Both the position numbers and the translations under genes were made by a program. A stretch of DNA of 64,000 nt, from NCBI GenBank assembly GCA_963793455.1, contig CAWCAK010000008.1, positions 100,752 through 164,751 on the forward strand, read 5' to 3'. Within the stretch, counting starts at the first letter, position 1, and each line of letters begins with the position of its first letter. The notes beneath the pieces are model-generated. The model made no database searches and had not been told where the DNA came from. It worked only from the letters and a program-made list of their open reading frames with translations. Origin of the DNA: an uncultured Bacteroidota bacterium (GTDB lineage: Bacteria > Bacteroidota > Bacteroidia > Bacteroidales > GCA-2748055). Below, one piece after another: positions 47,401-58,071 of the stretch.

Positions 47401-48099
47401 ATACCTGGCCATTGCTTCATCATACTCTGCCAGGAAGCTGTCCCACGAAAAAGGATGGCCGTGGGCCGGATGGATGGTCCTGGCATCCATCTTGCGGATG
47501 GTCTTCCAGCTCTCCACCAGTGCAGGAAGGTCCTCTGCAAAGGGGGGGAAGTGCTGCCTGCCCTCCACACCGAACAGGGTATCCCCACCGATCAGTTCAC
47601 CATCCTCCATAAGCACCACCATGGAACCAATCGTATGGCCCGGGGTGTGGATCACCTTGCCAGGGAAACCGAATTCATGCAGGTCAAATTCCCGTTCGAT
47701 CAGAAGGTCCGGCCGGGCCGGGGGATACTTGCCCATCCGTCGTGCCAGGGTCCGGCCAAGGCCCACCAGCAGTTTGGCCTTCCAGCGGGTCCCGGGTGGC
47801 AACTTGGTAAATCCCTTTCTCAGGCGGTCTGCTTCAGAGTGGTGGACCATGATCCGGCAACCCGTCAGCTCCTTCAGTCTGCCAGCCGAGCCTGCATGGT
47901 CGAAATGGGCATGGGTCAAAACCAGCAGCCTGAGCATACCGGGCTCAAGACCCAGGGAAATGATCTCTTCCAGGATCTTTACCTCCGATCCCTGGTTGCC
48001 GGAATCAATCAGGATAGCATTTCCGGGAGTATAGAGCAGGAAAGTTGAGACATTGAGTAACTGGATCCTGTGGAGTGTATAGGCCTGGCCTGCCGGCAT
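47377..48099 (-). CDS. MBL-fold metallo-hydrolase
   Basis: LTHAHFDHAG motif and HTPGHT. Confidence 0.85.
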   Translation of the reverse strand: MPAGQAYTLHRIQLLNVSTFLLYTPGNAILIDSGNQGSEVKILEEIISLGLEPGMLRLLVLTHAHFDHAGSAGRLKELTGCRIMVHHSEADRLRKGFTKLPPGTRWKAKLLVGLGRTLARRMGKYPPARPDLLIEREFDLHEFGFPGKVIHTPGHTIGSMVVLMEDGELIGGDTLFGVEGRQHFPPFAEDLPALVESWKTIRKMDARTIHPAHGHPFSWDSFLAEYDEAMARYGGIGDRS

Positions 48100-48116
48100 G
48101 GTAGACGGGTTTCCTT

Positions 48117-48728
48117 CTATTTCACGGGAAAATCCATCAGCTTCTCCCCTTCCAGGAAAGCCTCCAGCCTGTCTTCCACAGCCACAGGTCCAACCCCGGC
48201 CGGGGTTCCTGTAAAGATCAGGTCGCCGGTCTTCAGGGTGATGAACCGGGACACATAGGCAATGATCTGTTCAAAGGAGAAGATCATCAGGGCCGTGGAT
48301 CCATCCTGGACCGTCTTTCCGTTCAGGTCGAGCCGGAAGGAGAGGTTGTGTATATCCTTGTATTTTGAAACGGGAAAGAATTCGCTGACCGGGGCAGAGT
48401 AGTCAAATCCCTTGGCGATCTCCCAGGGAAGGCCCTTCTCCCTGGCCTCGTTCTGAAGGTCCCGGGCTGTAAAATCAACTCCAAGGGCAATTTCGCTGAA
48501 GTACCGGTTTGCGAATTTCTCCTCTATGCTCCGGCCAAGCCGGTCAATCCGGATCACCACTTCCAGTTCATGGTGGACCATGTTCGAGAAATCGGGATAA
48601 AAAAATGGTTTGTTTCCCGTAACCAGGGCTGAATCGGGCTTCAGGAAAAATATCGGTTTCGTGGGGACCTCGTTTTTCAGCTCCCTGGCATGGTCCACAT
48701 AATTCCTTCCGATACAGATGATCTTCAT
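48117..48728 (-). CDS. Fumarylacetoacetate hydrolase (FAH) family protein
   Basis: KIICIGRNYVDHA, LDLNGKTVQDGST, GDLIFTGTPAGVG. Confidence 0.85.
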   Translation of the reverse strand: MKIICIGRNYVDHARELKNEVPTKPIFFLKPDSALVTGNKPFFYPDFSNMVHHELEVVIRIDRLGRSIEEKFANRYFSEIALGVDFTARDLQNEAREKGLPWEIAKGFDYSAPVSEFFPVSKYKDIHNLSFRLDLNGKTVQDGSTALMIFSFEQIIAYVSRFITLKTGDLIFTGTPAGVGPVAVEDRLEAFLEGEKLMDFPVK

Positions 48729-48732
48729 GTTG

Positions 48733-49501
48733 CTATTTCTTGATGGAGTTCAGCTTGATGCTGGTCAGCACTTTCTTGGTATAGAGGGGGAAATCCCCGT
48801 TCATCATCCAGCCATAATAACCGGGATCCTGTGCCAGCACCGTCAGATACAGGTTTTCCCTTGTGCTTGCCGAAGTTGAACACCTCGATGTCCTCCTCAT
48901 TATAGACAATCCTGCCGGCAAAATCCACATTGCGGGTATGTGCGGAAAATTCGGCCAGTTTGCCCATATCGTTCTCCAGGTTGGAATAGCGGTCCAGCTG
49001 CGCTTGCAACACCTTATAGGTAGCCATGGTATCGGCCTCAGCGGAATGGGCATCCACCAACTCTTCCCCCAGGAAGAATTTACATGCAGCGGCAAGAGTT
49101 CTGGGTTCCATTTTCATAAAGATCACCTGCACATCTATAAACTTCCTCCTTTTCAGATCGATCTCCACACCGGACCTGAGGAATTCCTCGGCCAGCAGGG
49201 GAATATCAAATTTCACCGAATTGTACCCTGCCAGGTCACAGCCCTCGAAATCCCTGGCCACACTTTTGGCCAGTTCGTTGAAGGTAGGGGCATCCTTCAC
49301 ATCCTCATTGGTGATCCCGTGGATCTCTGAAGCTTTCTCCGGGATGGGCATCTCAGGGTTCACCCGGAGGGTTTTGGATGATTCGTTCCCGGCCAGGTCC
49401 ACCTTCAGGTACGAGATTTCCACAATGCGGTCGGATGCCACATTGATGCCGGTAGTTTCAAGATCAAAAAATATGACGGGATTCTTCAGGTTCAGCTTCA
49501 T
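48733..49501 (-). pseudogene. DnaQ-like 3'-5' exonuclease with one frameshift near the C-terminus
   Basis: ExoI IFFDLETTG, ExoII GYNSVKFDIPLL, ExoIII HSAEADT. The C-terminus VLAQDPGYYGWMMNGDFPLYTKKVL is readable only in the second frame, with an extra C at 48840-48841. Confidence 0.8.
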
Positions 49502-49504
49502 CCC

Positions 49505-50635
49505 CTATGCATTGATCATCATGGGCATCAGCAGCATGAGGGTATCCTCGTTTTCATTCTCGGCCTCACTGGGCAACAGGATCCCTGCACGGGTTGGATC
49601 GCTCATTTCAAGGACCACATCGCCGGAAGCGAGGTTGGCCAGGATCTCGATCAGGAAGGTGGACTTGAAACCGATCTCCATATCCTCCCCTTCATACTGG
49701 CAGCTGAGCCGCTCATTGGCTGAAATTGAGAAGTCGATATCCTGGGCTGAGATATTCAGCAGGTTCCCGGTCAGGGACAGCTTCACCAGGTTACTTGCCT
49801 GGTTCGAAAAGACCGAAACCCTCTTCAATGTATTGTGAAAAGCGAGCCGGTCGATGCTCATTTTGTATGGGTTATCCGTGGGAATGACCGAATTGTAACT
49901 GGGATAGTTACCCTCCACCAGCCTGCAGACCAGTTTGTATTCGGTCAGTGTGAAGGATGCATTCCTGTCATCGAATTCCAGCATCACACTGTTCTCCTCT
50001 CTTGGAAGGATGTTCTTCAGCAGGGAAGCCGGTTTCTTTGGAAGTATAAAACTGGAAGCACTGCCGGCTTTGGCATCGGTCCTTTTGTACCGCACCAGTT
50101 TGTGGGCATCGGAGGCAACAAAAGTAATGTCGTCGGGTGACAGTTCCATAAAAATCCCGTTCATCACCGGGCGCAGCTCATCGTCGGCTGTGGCAAAAAG
50201 GGATTTGTTGATCCCTGAGAGCAATACATCCTGGGTAAGCTCAACCTGTTGCCGCTGGTCATCCTTGATCACCGGCATCTGCGGGAATTCGGCCCCGTTC
50301 TGGCCCATGATGGAGAATTTCCCGTTCTCACTCTGGATGACGATCGTCAGGTTCTCTGTGTTGATCTCAAAGGTCAGGGGAATATCGGGGAACTCCTTCA
50401 GTGTATCGGTCAGTATGCGTGCCGGTATGGCAACCACCCCGTTGCCATCCGTATTTTCCAGCTGGACCTGTGTGATCAGGGTTGATTCGAGGTCCGAAGC
50501 AGTGATCTCCAGTATTCCATCCTCCAGGGAGAAAAGGAAATTATCCAGGATCGGCAGTGTATTTTTCGAACTGATTACACGACTGATGGCCTGTAGATGG
50601 CCCAACAGCGCCATACTCGATACAACAAATTTCAT
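49505..50635 (-). CDS. dnaN: DNA polymerase III beta sliding clamp
   Basis: 376 aa with three-domain clamp pattern. MKFVVSS...LPILDNFLF at the start and LLMPMMI near the C-terminus. Confidence 0.9.
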   Translation of the reverse strand: MKFVVSSMALLGHLQAISRVISSKNTLPILDNFLFSLEDGILEITASDLESTLITQVQLENTDGNGVVAIPARILTDTLKEFPDIPLTFEINTENLTIVIQSENGKFSIMGQNGAEFPQMPVIKDDQRQQVELTQDVLLSGINKSLFATADDELRPVMNGIFMELSPDDITFVASDAHKLVRYKRTDAKAGSASSFILPKKPASLLKNILPREENSVMLEFDDRNASFTLTEYKLVCRLVEGNYPSYNSVIPTDNPYKMSIDRLAFHNTLKRVSVFSNQASNLVKLSLTGNLLNISAQDIDFSISANERLSCQYEGEDMEIGFKSTFLIEILANLASGDVVLEMSDPTRAGILLPSEAENENEDTLMLLMPMMINA

Positions 50636-50704
50636 GAGTGTTTCTGTTTTATTTTTAATGCGTCAATAATCCATCAATTATACAAAAAAAAATCGTGAAC
50701 GCCG

Positions 50705-51667
50705 CTACCCCCCTCGGGCAAAATAACGGGACAAACCGCGTATCAGAACATCCAGGTAGATGTAGTTCACGACCAGTGCTTCGGGATCATCATTGTGGAT
50801 CACAACTGCCCGGAACATGTGGGTTCCCTCCCCCCCTTCTCCGGGCAGTGAAAAGAGCTGCATGGTATGCTTCTCACCCTGGCGGGATTCCACATACAAG
50901 CTGGCCAGCCACCGCTCCTGGTCCATTCCCGCTTCCATGGCGGCGGAAGCACTCCCCACCCGCTCCTCCACCCTGATGGAGGTGAAATAGCTGAACAGCA
51001 ACCTGATGGACAATTCATCAAGCATGTCGGGTGAAATGGTACTATCGGTCTCCGGTAATGTGCAGCGGATGTTCCCCTCCCCGTCCATGGTGAACCTGAA
51101 GGGTGGCTCATCCTTTCTCCTCACCTCGATACAGGAGATCTCAGAGGGAAGCAGGTCAATGAGCATGTGCTTCCTGTAGTGGTTTGCAACACCTGAAAAA
51201 ACACGGTCCAGGTCCAGCCCGGCATAACCGGGAAGTGTAACACTGAAGAGCTGTCCGTTACCGGAGGGCCTCACAAGGAGCTGGTTCCCGCCGGTGACCA
51301 GTTCATAACCCAGGATCTCTCTCCCCCCCTGGAGAAACAGTACGGACCGGACTGTCCCGCTCTTCCGGCCGGCACTCTCCGGGTGGATGGAGACCACCTG
51401 GAGGCGCTCTGCCGCAAACAGCAGGTTCTCAACCGCAACCGGTTCAGCCTCCTCCTCCCCGTTGATGAGCCAGGTGCTGTCCTCCTTTACCAGGAACACC
51501 GTGTCATACCGGTCAGAAAGAATGATCCTGTCAATCTTCCCGGCATCCGGCAACCGGATCCGCTCCGCATCCCTGCGCAGCAGGCTCCATGGATCGGTGA
51601 ATACCAGCAGGATAGCCGCAATCAGGAAGAGGGAAACAATGATTCCTATGGTCCTCCGGCGTTTCAT
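50705..51667 (-). CDS. DUF4340-like protein (usual partner of GldG-type transporters)
   Basis: N-terminal TM anchor and a position directly downstream of the GldG-like gene. The family assignment is by recollection of architecture only. Confidence 0.45.
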   Translation of the reverse strand: MKRRRTIGIIVSLFLIAAILLVFTDPWSLLRRDAERIRLPDAGKIDRIILSDRYDTVFLVKEDSTWLINGEEEAEPVAVENLLFAAERLQVVSIHPESAGRKSGTVRSVLFLQGGREILGYELVTGGNQLLVRPSGNGQLFSVTLPGYAGLDLDRVFSGVANHYRKHMLIDLLPSEISCIEVRRKDEPPFRFTMDGEGNIRCTLPETDSTISPDMLDELSIRLLFSYFTSIRVEERVGSASAAMEAGMDQERWLASLYVESRQGEKHTMQLFSLPGEGGEGTHMFRAVVIHNDDPEALVVNYIYLDVLIRGLSRYFARGG

Positions 51668-51668
51668 G

Positions 51669-54129
51669 TTACCGACTGTTTCGTGAACGCCTGAAACCCT
51701 GGATAATGATCCCCGAAAAAATAACCAGGATCAACGGCAGGAGGGTGTTCAGCAGGATCCACCTGCGCAGCCTCTGCTTCTGGCCTGTGATCTCCCGGTT
51801 CAGGAGACGGATTTTGAACTCCCTTGACCGGAGTTCCATGATCCCCGTATCATCGGTCATCTGGTTCACCACATTCATGATGAATTCGCTGTTCCCGAAT
51901 GTCTGGCGTGTATAGCTGTCGTATCCCAGCGGCTGTGCCCTGAATGCCCCCTGCTCAAACCGGACCTCGTTGGCCGGGATATCCCCATCGGCCACCACCA
52001 GGAGTGATGTTGGCGGACTCTCGGGAATGACCTCCGTACCGGCCGGGTATTACACCTGCCGGTACCGGGTAGTTCTTAAAGAAAGAGGGGAATACCCCCT
52101 CCGACAGGACTGCCACCGGCAGTGCGGAATCATTGTAAAGTGCAGGATCGGGTGGCACTGTCACCTCCTCCATGCTGATATAGAGGGGGACCTCCCTTTT
52201 CCTGCTGGCAGGGGAGGTGGAAAGGAGCACCGTCCTTGTTAACCCTCCCCGGGCATTTCCCACCGTATCGAGTGATGAGGCAAATACGCCCTTCACGTAA
52301 TTCAGTCCACGGGTCACAGGATGGCCGGAGGGACCTGATAGCAGCGGATGGTACACCCACGGCATGAGGGTAAAACGGGCCTGCTCCCCCAGCGGTGCGG
52401 TATTCACCGGAACCGGGTTGCACTGCAGGTCTGCCACCAGGTTGTAGTTGATCCTGATCCCGTATTTAAATAACAGCTCCTCCAGCCCGGTGGGATTGGC
52501 CAGGGCCACCGTTGTGCCTCCTGAAAGACTGTCTGCAAACGGGTTCACGGGATCAAGGAAGAAGAGTACCCTGCCCCCGCGCATGATGTACTGGTCAATG
52601 GCAAATTTATCTGCATCGCTGAAGGGCCTGACAGGGCGGGCTATGATCAGGGCCTTGTAATCCAGGATGGCCTCCAGGTTCCCGTGAATGGTCCCCCTGT
52701 CCACATGAAAGAAATTCTTCAGCTCATCCATCAGACCGTGGGTCTGCAGTGAGTCCAGCTCCCCGTGCCCCTCGATGAAAGCGATCCTCGGGACCTCTTC
52801 CATGGAAAGGCTGTGTATGGCCCGGATAAACTCATATTCCAGTGTCTGGACCGAGTTGTTCAGGTTCATTTCATGGGAGAGGGCCGGGTTGTTTTTCAGG
52901 AAGTTTACCGGCATGGTATAGTCGCCGTAAGAAACCATGGCCCCGGGGAATACAATCCTTGCGGTGGTACCCCCTTCCCTGTCCTTAGCCTGGATGCTGG
53001 TCACCCTCAGGCCCTGTTCATAGAGTTCCCCGATCATCCTGTTCCGCAGCGCTTCGTCGGACTCATCATACAGGTTGATGAACTCGTACTGCAGGTGCTC
53101 CCCAGCGTACGCCCTGCATTCATCCATCAGGTCTTCGATGGTATTCCTGAAATGCAGGAACTCTGCCGGCATCTCTCCCTCCAGGTAGATCCGCACAAAT
53201 ACTGTTTCCTCCAGGCTTTTCAGCTCCTGCCTGGTGGATTGGGACAGGCTGTACCGCTTCCCGGAGGTAAGGTCGATCCGGAAAAATCCCATGCCAGAAA
53301 ATACCGAAACCAGGAGCACTACCACAAGTGCCCCAGCCAGTTCAGTCAGGTTCCTGCGCAGGAAAAACCTCCTGTCAGCCCCTCCTCTCCAGCGGCGGCT
53401 TTGCATCACACTCCGCGTTCCCAGGATGAACAATCCCTCCACCAGGAGGAAATAGAGGATATCCCTCGAATCAAGAACACCCCTGCTCATGGAACTGTAG
53501 TGGAAGGAGATACCCGAACCCGAGATAAGCAGGGCTGTTTTGCCGGAACCGGCACTGTTCCCCAGGAACTCAAATCCGCTGTACATGAGAAAAGAGAGGA
53601 GCACCGCCAGGATAAATGCAACGATCTGGTTCTGCGTGAGTGAGGAGGCAAAGATTCCGATGGCTGCATATATACCTCCCAGGAAAAGCAATCCCAGGTA
53701 TGAACCCCAGGTTCCCCCCATATCCATGTTTCCCCGGGGACTGGCCATGCTTGATACGGACCAGAACCAGATCAGGGTGGGGAGCAGGGAAAGCAACACC
53801 AGCGCCCAGGAGGCAAAAAATTTGGCCAGGATGATCTGGATCTCACTGACGGGACGGGTATAAAGCAGGTCCAGTGTGCCTGTCCGTTTCTCCTCGGCGA
53901 TCATCCGCATGGTGATAGCCGGTACCAGGAACAGGAAAACCCACGGGGCAAGGGCGAACAGCGAATCCAGGGTGGCGTAACCGGTATGGGTCACATTCAT
54001 CGGGTTGGTGAACAACCAGATAAAAGCACTGTTGGCCGCCAGGAATACGGTGATTACAACATACCCGGTGAGGTTGCTGAAGAATCCGAATATTTCCTTT
54101 CTAAAAAGCGTCCACATTGTGGTGTTCAT
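51669..54129 (-). pseudogene. ABC-2 permease (GldF-like) fused to GldG-like auxiliary domain, one frameshift near the C-terminus
   Basis: GldF-like N-terminus (LFRKEIFGFFSNLTGYVVITVFL, AEEKRTGTLDLL) followed by a GldG-like domain. The last 109 aa (LLVVADGDIPANEVRFEQ...) are in another frame, with the shift between 52000 and 52048. Confidence 0.75.
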
Positions 54130-56420
54130 TCTTCCGGTCGGAATACCGGGCGGCTTGACGCCGGGAGATCCCTGTAATCCATCAGCCGTATCTGGTAAAA
54201 ATAGAACTGGAGGATATCCTCATAGGAAAAACCATCCCTGGCCATCTTCATGGCGCCCTCCTGGCTCATCCCGACCCCGTGACCGTATCCCTTGCCCCAG
54301 ACCAGGACCGAATCCCCATCCGGAAACATGTCAAAAAAGGCAGACCTGAAGTTCCAGTCCTCCCTGATCTTTGTCATACGGATGGAATCACCATCCAATA
54401 CGAAGTATTTCTTTCGTTTCATCTGTTCCACATAGAGGATCTCATCCGGAATCCTTCCCACGGATTCCATCCCGTTCCTGACCAGGTAATCCTTCCAGTC
54501 CCCGAAAGAAATCGTATCCCTCCATTTGGCATTGGGCTGGTGCAGTGAATAGGGATCCAGAACCGACAGGAGGTAGTCCGCATCGGTGATCCAGACGTCG
54601 GATGCAAGCTGGGTCTGCCCCCCGCTGTTGGAATGATAGGCGGCGGTGATCAGCCTGTAGTTGAAGTCAGTCACCACCATACCGGTGGTCTCCAGCACGG
54701 CTTCCAGGATTTCGGGATTGTAGGCGCTCCTTCCTTTATAGGCCTGGCAATGGGTACCGTCGCACAACGGGAATCCCTCCGGATCATGCCTGTCAAGGTG
54801 CTTCATGGCATAGGTCCGGCACAGGATCGACTGGGCCTTGTAAAACTCCATATGGGCATTGGGTCCTGCTTCGGTCTCCACCACCCCTGCCAGGTATTTG
54901 TCAAAGTCCACCCGGTTCACCAGGGTGATGAAACGGTCTCCTGCATGAACCACCAGGGTTTCATCATACACCCTGGATTCAAGTTCGGGCACAATGGGCC
55001 TGATCCGGAAGGAAGCATCCGTACTGCCCGCCTTCAGGACTACCCTGTCCGTATGGCCGTAGTCGCGCTCCGCATCAAGGACCCGGATCCTCCCCCCTTC
55101 AAAAGTCAGGTAAAGGATCCCTCCTGCTTCCATCTGTGACCGCACAGTATCCCCTGTAACCAGGGAATAGCTTCCGGAAGAGCAGTATACCACCGCCCTG
55201 GTCACCAGCTGCTCCTGGTACAATCCCACCTCCATGATCTGGGCATTCAAAGCCATCCCCATCATACCCAGTATCACTGTTACCAAACTCCGGCTCATTC
55301 TGTTTCCAATTGTATTAAGTTCCACCATGCGCCCCGCGATCCTCCCTGAAACACCTTTTTCCCCGAGCATGGATTCCATCTCACGGTATCCGTCCAGGAT
55401 CCCTCCACGGTAAACGGTATCCTCCAGGATCCTGGAGAGCTCCTCTCCAGCCTGTTCATACATGCTTTCCTGAATGACCTCCACCACCAGTCCCCTGTCC
55501 AGGATCAGGTTCACAAGGCTGATAAAATTAATCTTTATGATCCGTTTTGCAATGGTGTAGGCCAATGAGCCGGTCCGGTATACCACCACCTGGGGTACTC
55601 TGAAGAGTGCCGCCTCAAGGGTGGCGGTACCCGAGGTGATCACCCCTGCAAAAGATGAGGCCAGCAGGGCGTAGGTCTCACCAAACACGATCTTCACCCC
55701 GGCACCCTCCAGGAAGGCGCTGTAAAAGCCAGGTTCTATGGAGGGAGCCCCGGCAACCACAAACTGGTATTCCGGGTGATCTGCAGCGATCCGGACCATC
55801 ACCGGGAGTGTCCTCTGGATCTCCTTGTTCCGGGAACCGGCCAAAAGGGCAACCACCGGGCGTTCATCCAGCCGGTGTGCCTCCTTCCACTGTTCCTTCC
55901 CTTCAAATCCCTCCATGAATTCATGCAGGCCGTCCACCAGCGGATTTCCGAAATACTCCACATCCACCCCGAATTGCTTGTAAAAGGGTACCTCGAAAGG
56001 AAGGATCACGAAGAGCCGCCTGGTATACTTTTTCAGCTGATCCACCCGCCGTTTCTTCCAGGCCCACACTTTGGGCGTTATGAAGTAGAAGACCCTGAAT
56101 CCAAGTCCCGCCACATGCCTGGTAATCCGCAGGTTGAACCCGGGGTAATCCACCGGGATGACCACATCGGGGTTCCATCGCCGTATCTCCAGTTTAATCC
56201 TCCTTAAATTCCTGAAGATCTTCCCAAGGTGAAAAAGCACATCCAGGAACATGAAGCTGGTCTGACGGTAATGCATGATCAGCCCCGGAGCAACCTGGTC
56301 CATCAGCTCCCCGCCCATATAACGGAATTCAGCGCCGGGATCACTCCTTTTCAGTGCTTTCATCAGGTTCGAGGCGTGCAGATCACCGGAGGCTTCACCT
56401 GCTATCAGAAAATATTTCAT
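54126..56420 (-). CDS. lpxB: Lipid-A-disaccharide synthase LpxB continuing in frame into a SpoIID/LytB-like domain
   Basis: LpxB motifs: MKYFLIAGEASGDLHASNLMKAL, VDYPGFNL, SGTATLEAALF. After ...RMVELNTIGNR comes MSRSLVTVILGMMGMALNAQ (signal-like), then the SpoIID motifs AYHSNSGGQT and GHGVGMSQEGA. There is no stop between the two parts. Confidence 0.8.
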   Translation of the reverse strand: MKYFLIAGEASGDLHASNLMKALKRSDPGAEFRYMGGELMDQVAPGLIMHYRQTSFMFLDVLFHLGKIFRNLRRIKLEIRRWNPDVVIPVDYPGFNLRITRHVAGLGFRVFYFITPKVWAWKKRRVDQLKKYTRRLFVILPFEVPFYKQFGVDVEYFGNPLVDGLHEFMEGFEGKEQWKEAHRLDERPVVALLAGSRNKEIQRTLPVMVRIAADHPEYQFVVAGAPSIEPGFYSAFLEGAGVKIVFGETYALLASSFAGVITSGTATLEAALFRVPQVVVYRTGSLAYTIAKRIIKINFISLVNLILDRGLVVEVIQESMYEQAGEELSRILEDTVYRGGILDGYREMESMLGEKGVSGRIAGRMVELNTIGNRMSRSLVTVILGMMGMALNAQIMEVGLYQEQLVTRAVVYCSSGSYSLVTGDTVRSQMEAGGILYLTFEGGRIRVLDAERDYGHTDRVVLKAGSTDASFRIRPIVPELESRVYDETLVVHAGDRFITLVNRVDFDKYLAGVVETEAGPNAHMEFYKAQSILCRTYAMKHLDRHDPEGFPLCDGTHCQAYKGRSAYNPEILEAVLETTGMVVTDFNYRLITAAYHSNSGGQTQLASDVWITDADYLLSVLDPYSLHQPNAKWRDTISFGDWKDYLVRNGMESVGRIPDEILYVEQMKRKKYFVLDGDSIRMTKIREDWNFRSAFFDMFPDGDSVLVWGKGYGHGVGMSQEGAMKMARDGFSYEDILQFYFYQIRLMDYRDLPASSRPVFRPEE

Positions 56421-56427
56421 AGGTTTC

Positions 56428-56721
56428 TCAGGCAAATTTGAGCACCAGCATGACCATGGCCATGACCAGTGTGGCAAAGATAACGCCTCTGGCCGAAAAT
56501 GTCCTGTTGGTCCAGATAAACAGGAAAAAAAGGAGCAGGTTCGGGATGGTGGAGAGGCTCAGGACTTTGGAGAGCATGCTCATGCGCTGAAAGGAGGTCA
56601 GGAAATCACCCAGTCCCCCCTCGTACCTGACCTGCCAGAATACAAGCAGTGTCAGCAGGGGAAGGAGGATCCCCGGAACGATCCCTGTCAGTACTGTATC
56701 AAACCGTTTTCCCGATCCCAT
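56428..56721 (-). CDS. Small hypothetical membrane protein (3 TM)
   Basis: 97-aa hydrophobic ORF between surE and lpxB. Confidence 0.5.
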   Translation of the reverse strand: MGSGKRFDTVLTGIVPGILLPLLTLLVFWQVRYEGGLGDFLTSFQRMSMLSKVLSLSTIPNLLLFFLFIWTNRTFSARGVIFATLVMAMVMLVLKFA

Positions 56722-57508
56722 CTTTCAGATCAATTTGTTCCATATCCTTCATTCTCCCGATAAGGTCATAGGCGGTCAGGTCGGTATTGACCGGCACCAC
56801 CGAGGCGTAATGGTGTTCAAGGGCCCACTCATCAGTTCCTGCACCACCCCCTTCAGGCTCCCTGTTGTGGAAGAATCCCGTAAGCCAGTAATAATCCTTT
56901 CCAATGGGGTCCTGCCGTTTCTGGAACTCCTCTTTCCAGTAACCGTTGGCCTGGCTGCAGATCCGGATCCCCTTGAGCTCCTCCAGGGATACTGAAGGAA
57001 TGTTTACATTCAGACAGATCCCCTTGGGAAGCCCCTTATCCAGCACCTGCCGGATCACTCCCCGGGCTACACTGGCCGAGGGTCCGAAATCCGCATCCGG
57101 ATCATAGCTCAACAGTGAAAACCCGATGGACGGGATGTGGTTGATCGCCCCTTCCATGGCTGCTCCCATGGTCCCTGAATAGAGGATGCTTGAGGAGGAA
57201 TTGGACCCGTGGTTGATCCCTGTCAGCACCAGGTCCGGCCTTCGCTCCATCAGGCTGTGAAAAGCCAGTTTAACCCCATCCACAGGTGTACCCGTGGTCA
57301 GGTATTTCCTGTAACCCGGTGCCTCTTCCACCAGGCTGACCCTCAGGGGCACCTTGATGGTGATGGCATGTGACATCCCGGACATATGAACCTGTGATGA
57401 AATGGCCACCACATCCCCGAACTCCCTTGCAACTCCTATGAGTGCTTCAAATCCCCCGGCATGTATGCCGTCATCATTGGTGACTAATATGGTTGGTCTT
57501 GTTTGCAT
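56699..57508 (-). CDS. surE: 5'/3'-nucleotidase SurE
   Basis: ILVTNDDGI, GINHGSN, YSGTMGAAMEG. Confidence 0.9.
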   Translation of the reverse strand: MQTRPTILVTNDDGIHAGGFEALIGVAREFGDVVAISSQVHMSGMSHAITIKVPLRVSLVEEAPGYRKYLTTGTPVDGVKLAFHSLMERRPDLVLTGINHGSNSSSSILYSGTMGAAMEGAINHIPSIGFSLLSYDPDADFGPSASVARGVIRQVLDKGLPKGICLNVNIPSVSLEELKGIRICSQANGYWKEEFQKRQDPIGKDYYWLTGFFHNREPEGGGAGTDEWALEHHYASVVPVNTDLTAYDLIGRMKDMEQIDLKDGIGKTV

Positions 57509-57699
57509 CTCTTCTTAGTAAGTCTACAAAAATATCTAAAATAAATTTACCGGGGATCCTTCGAACAATTCTGCTAAATTTACGTTGAACGGCCAACCAT
57601 CGAAAAAACGCGGGCCATGCTGACCTTCTACAGCTTCAGCTCCAGCACACACTGAACGTCCTGCCTGCCGGGAGCATTGATGAGGCCCGGCTCACCTAC

Positions 57700-58056
57700 G
57701 TGGTGATCGGTGCGGTTGAATCGGGCCGCTGGCTTTTTGTGCGGCATAAAGACAGGACCACCTGGGAAATGCCCGCCGGACATATTGAACCCGGGGAACC
57801 GGCCGACCGGGCGGCGGTGAGGGAACTCTTTGAGGAGACCGGGACCACCCGGTCCGCCCTGGACCACCTCTGCGACTATGAGGTGGAGCTTGCGGGCAGG
57901 AAAGAATACGGAAGGCTCTACAAAGCGGAGATCCTTGAGCGGGAAGACCTCCCTGAGCATGAGATCGCGGAGGTTAAGCTGACCGGCGAACTGCCTGAAA
58001 ACCTTACCTACCCTGAGGTGCAGTCCGCACTTTTTCACTACTTTTGCAGCTTATAA
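57700..58056 (+). CDS. NUDIX hydrolase (start uncertain)
   Basis: Nudix box GHIEPGEPADRAAVRELFEETG. The frame is open upstream to 57589 without ATG/GTG/TTG, and an ATG at 57617 is in another frame, so the N-terminus may be affected by a frameshift. Confidence 0.75.
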   Translation: MVIGAVESGRWLFVRHKDRTTWEMPAGHIEPGEPADRAAVRELFEETGTTRSALDHLCDYEVELAGRKEYGRLYKAEILEREDLPEHEIAEVKLTGELPENLTYPEVQSALFHYFCSL

Positions 58057-58071
58057 CGAAATGGCGGATTC

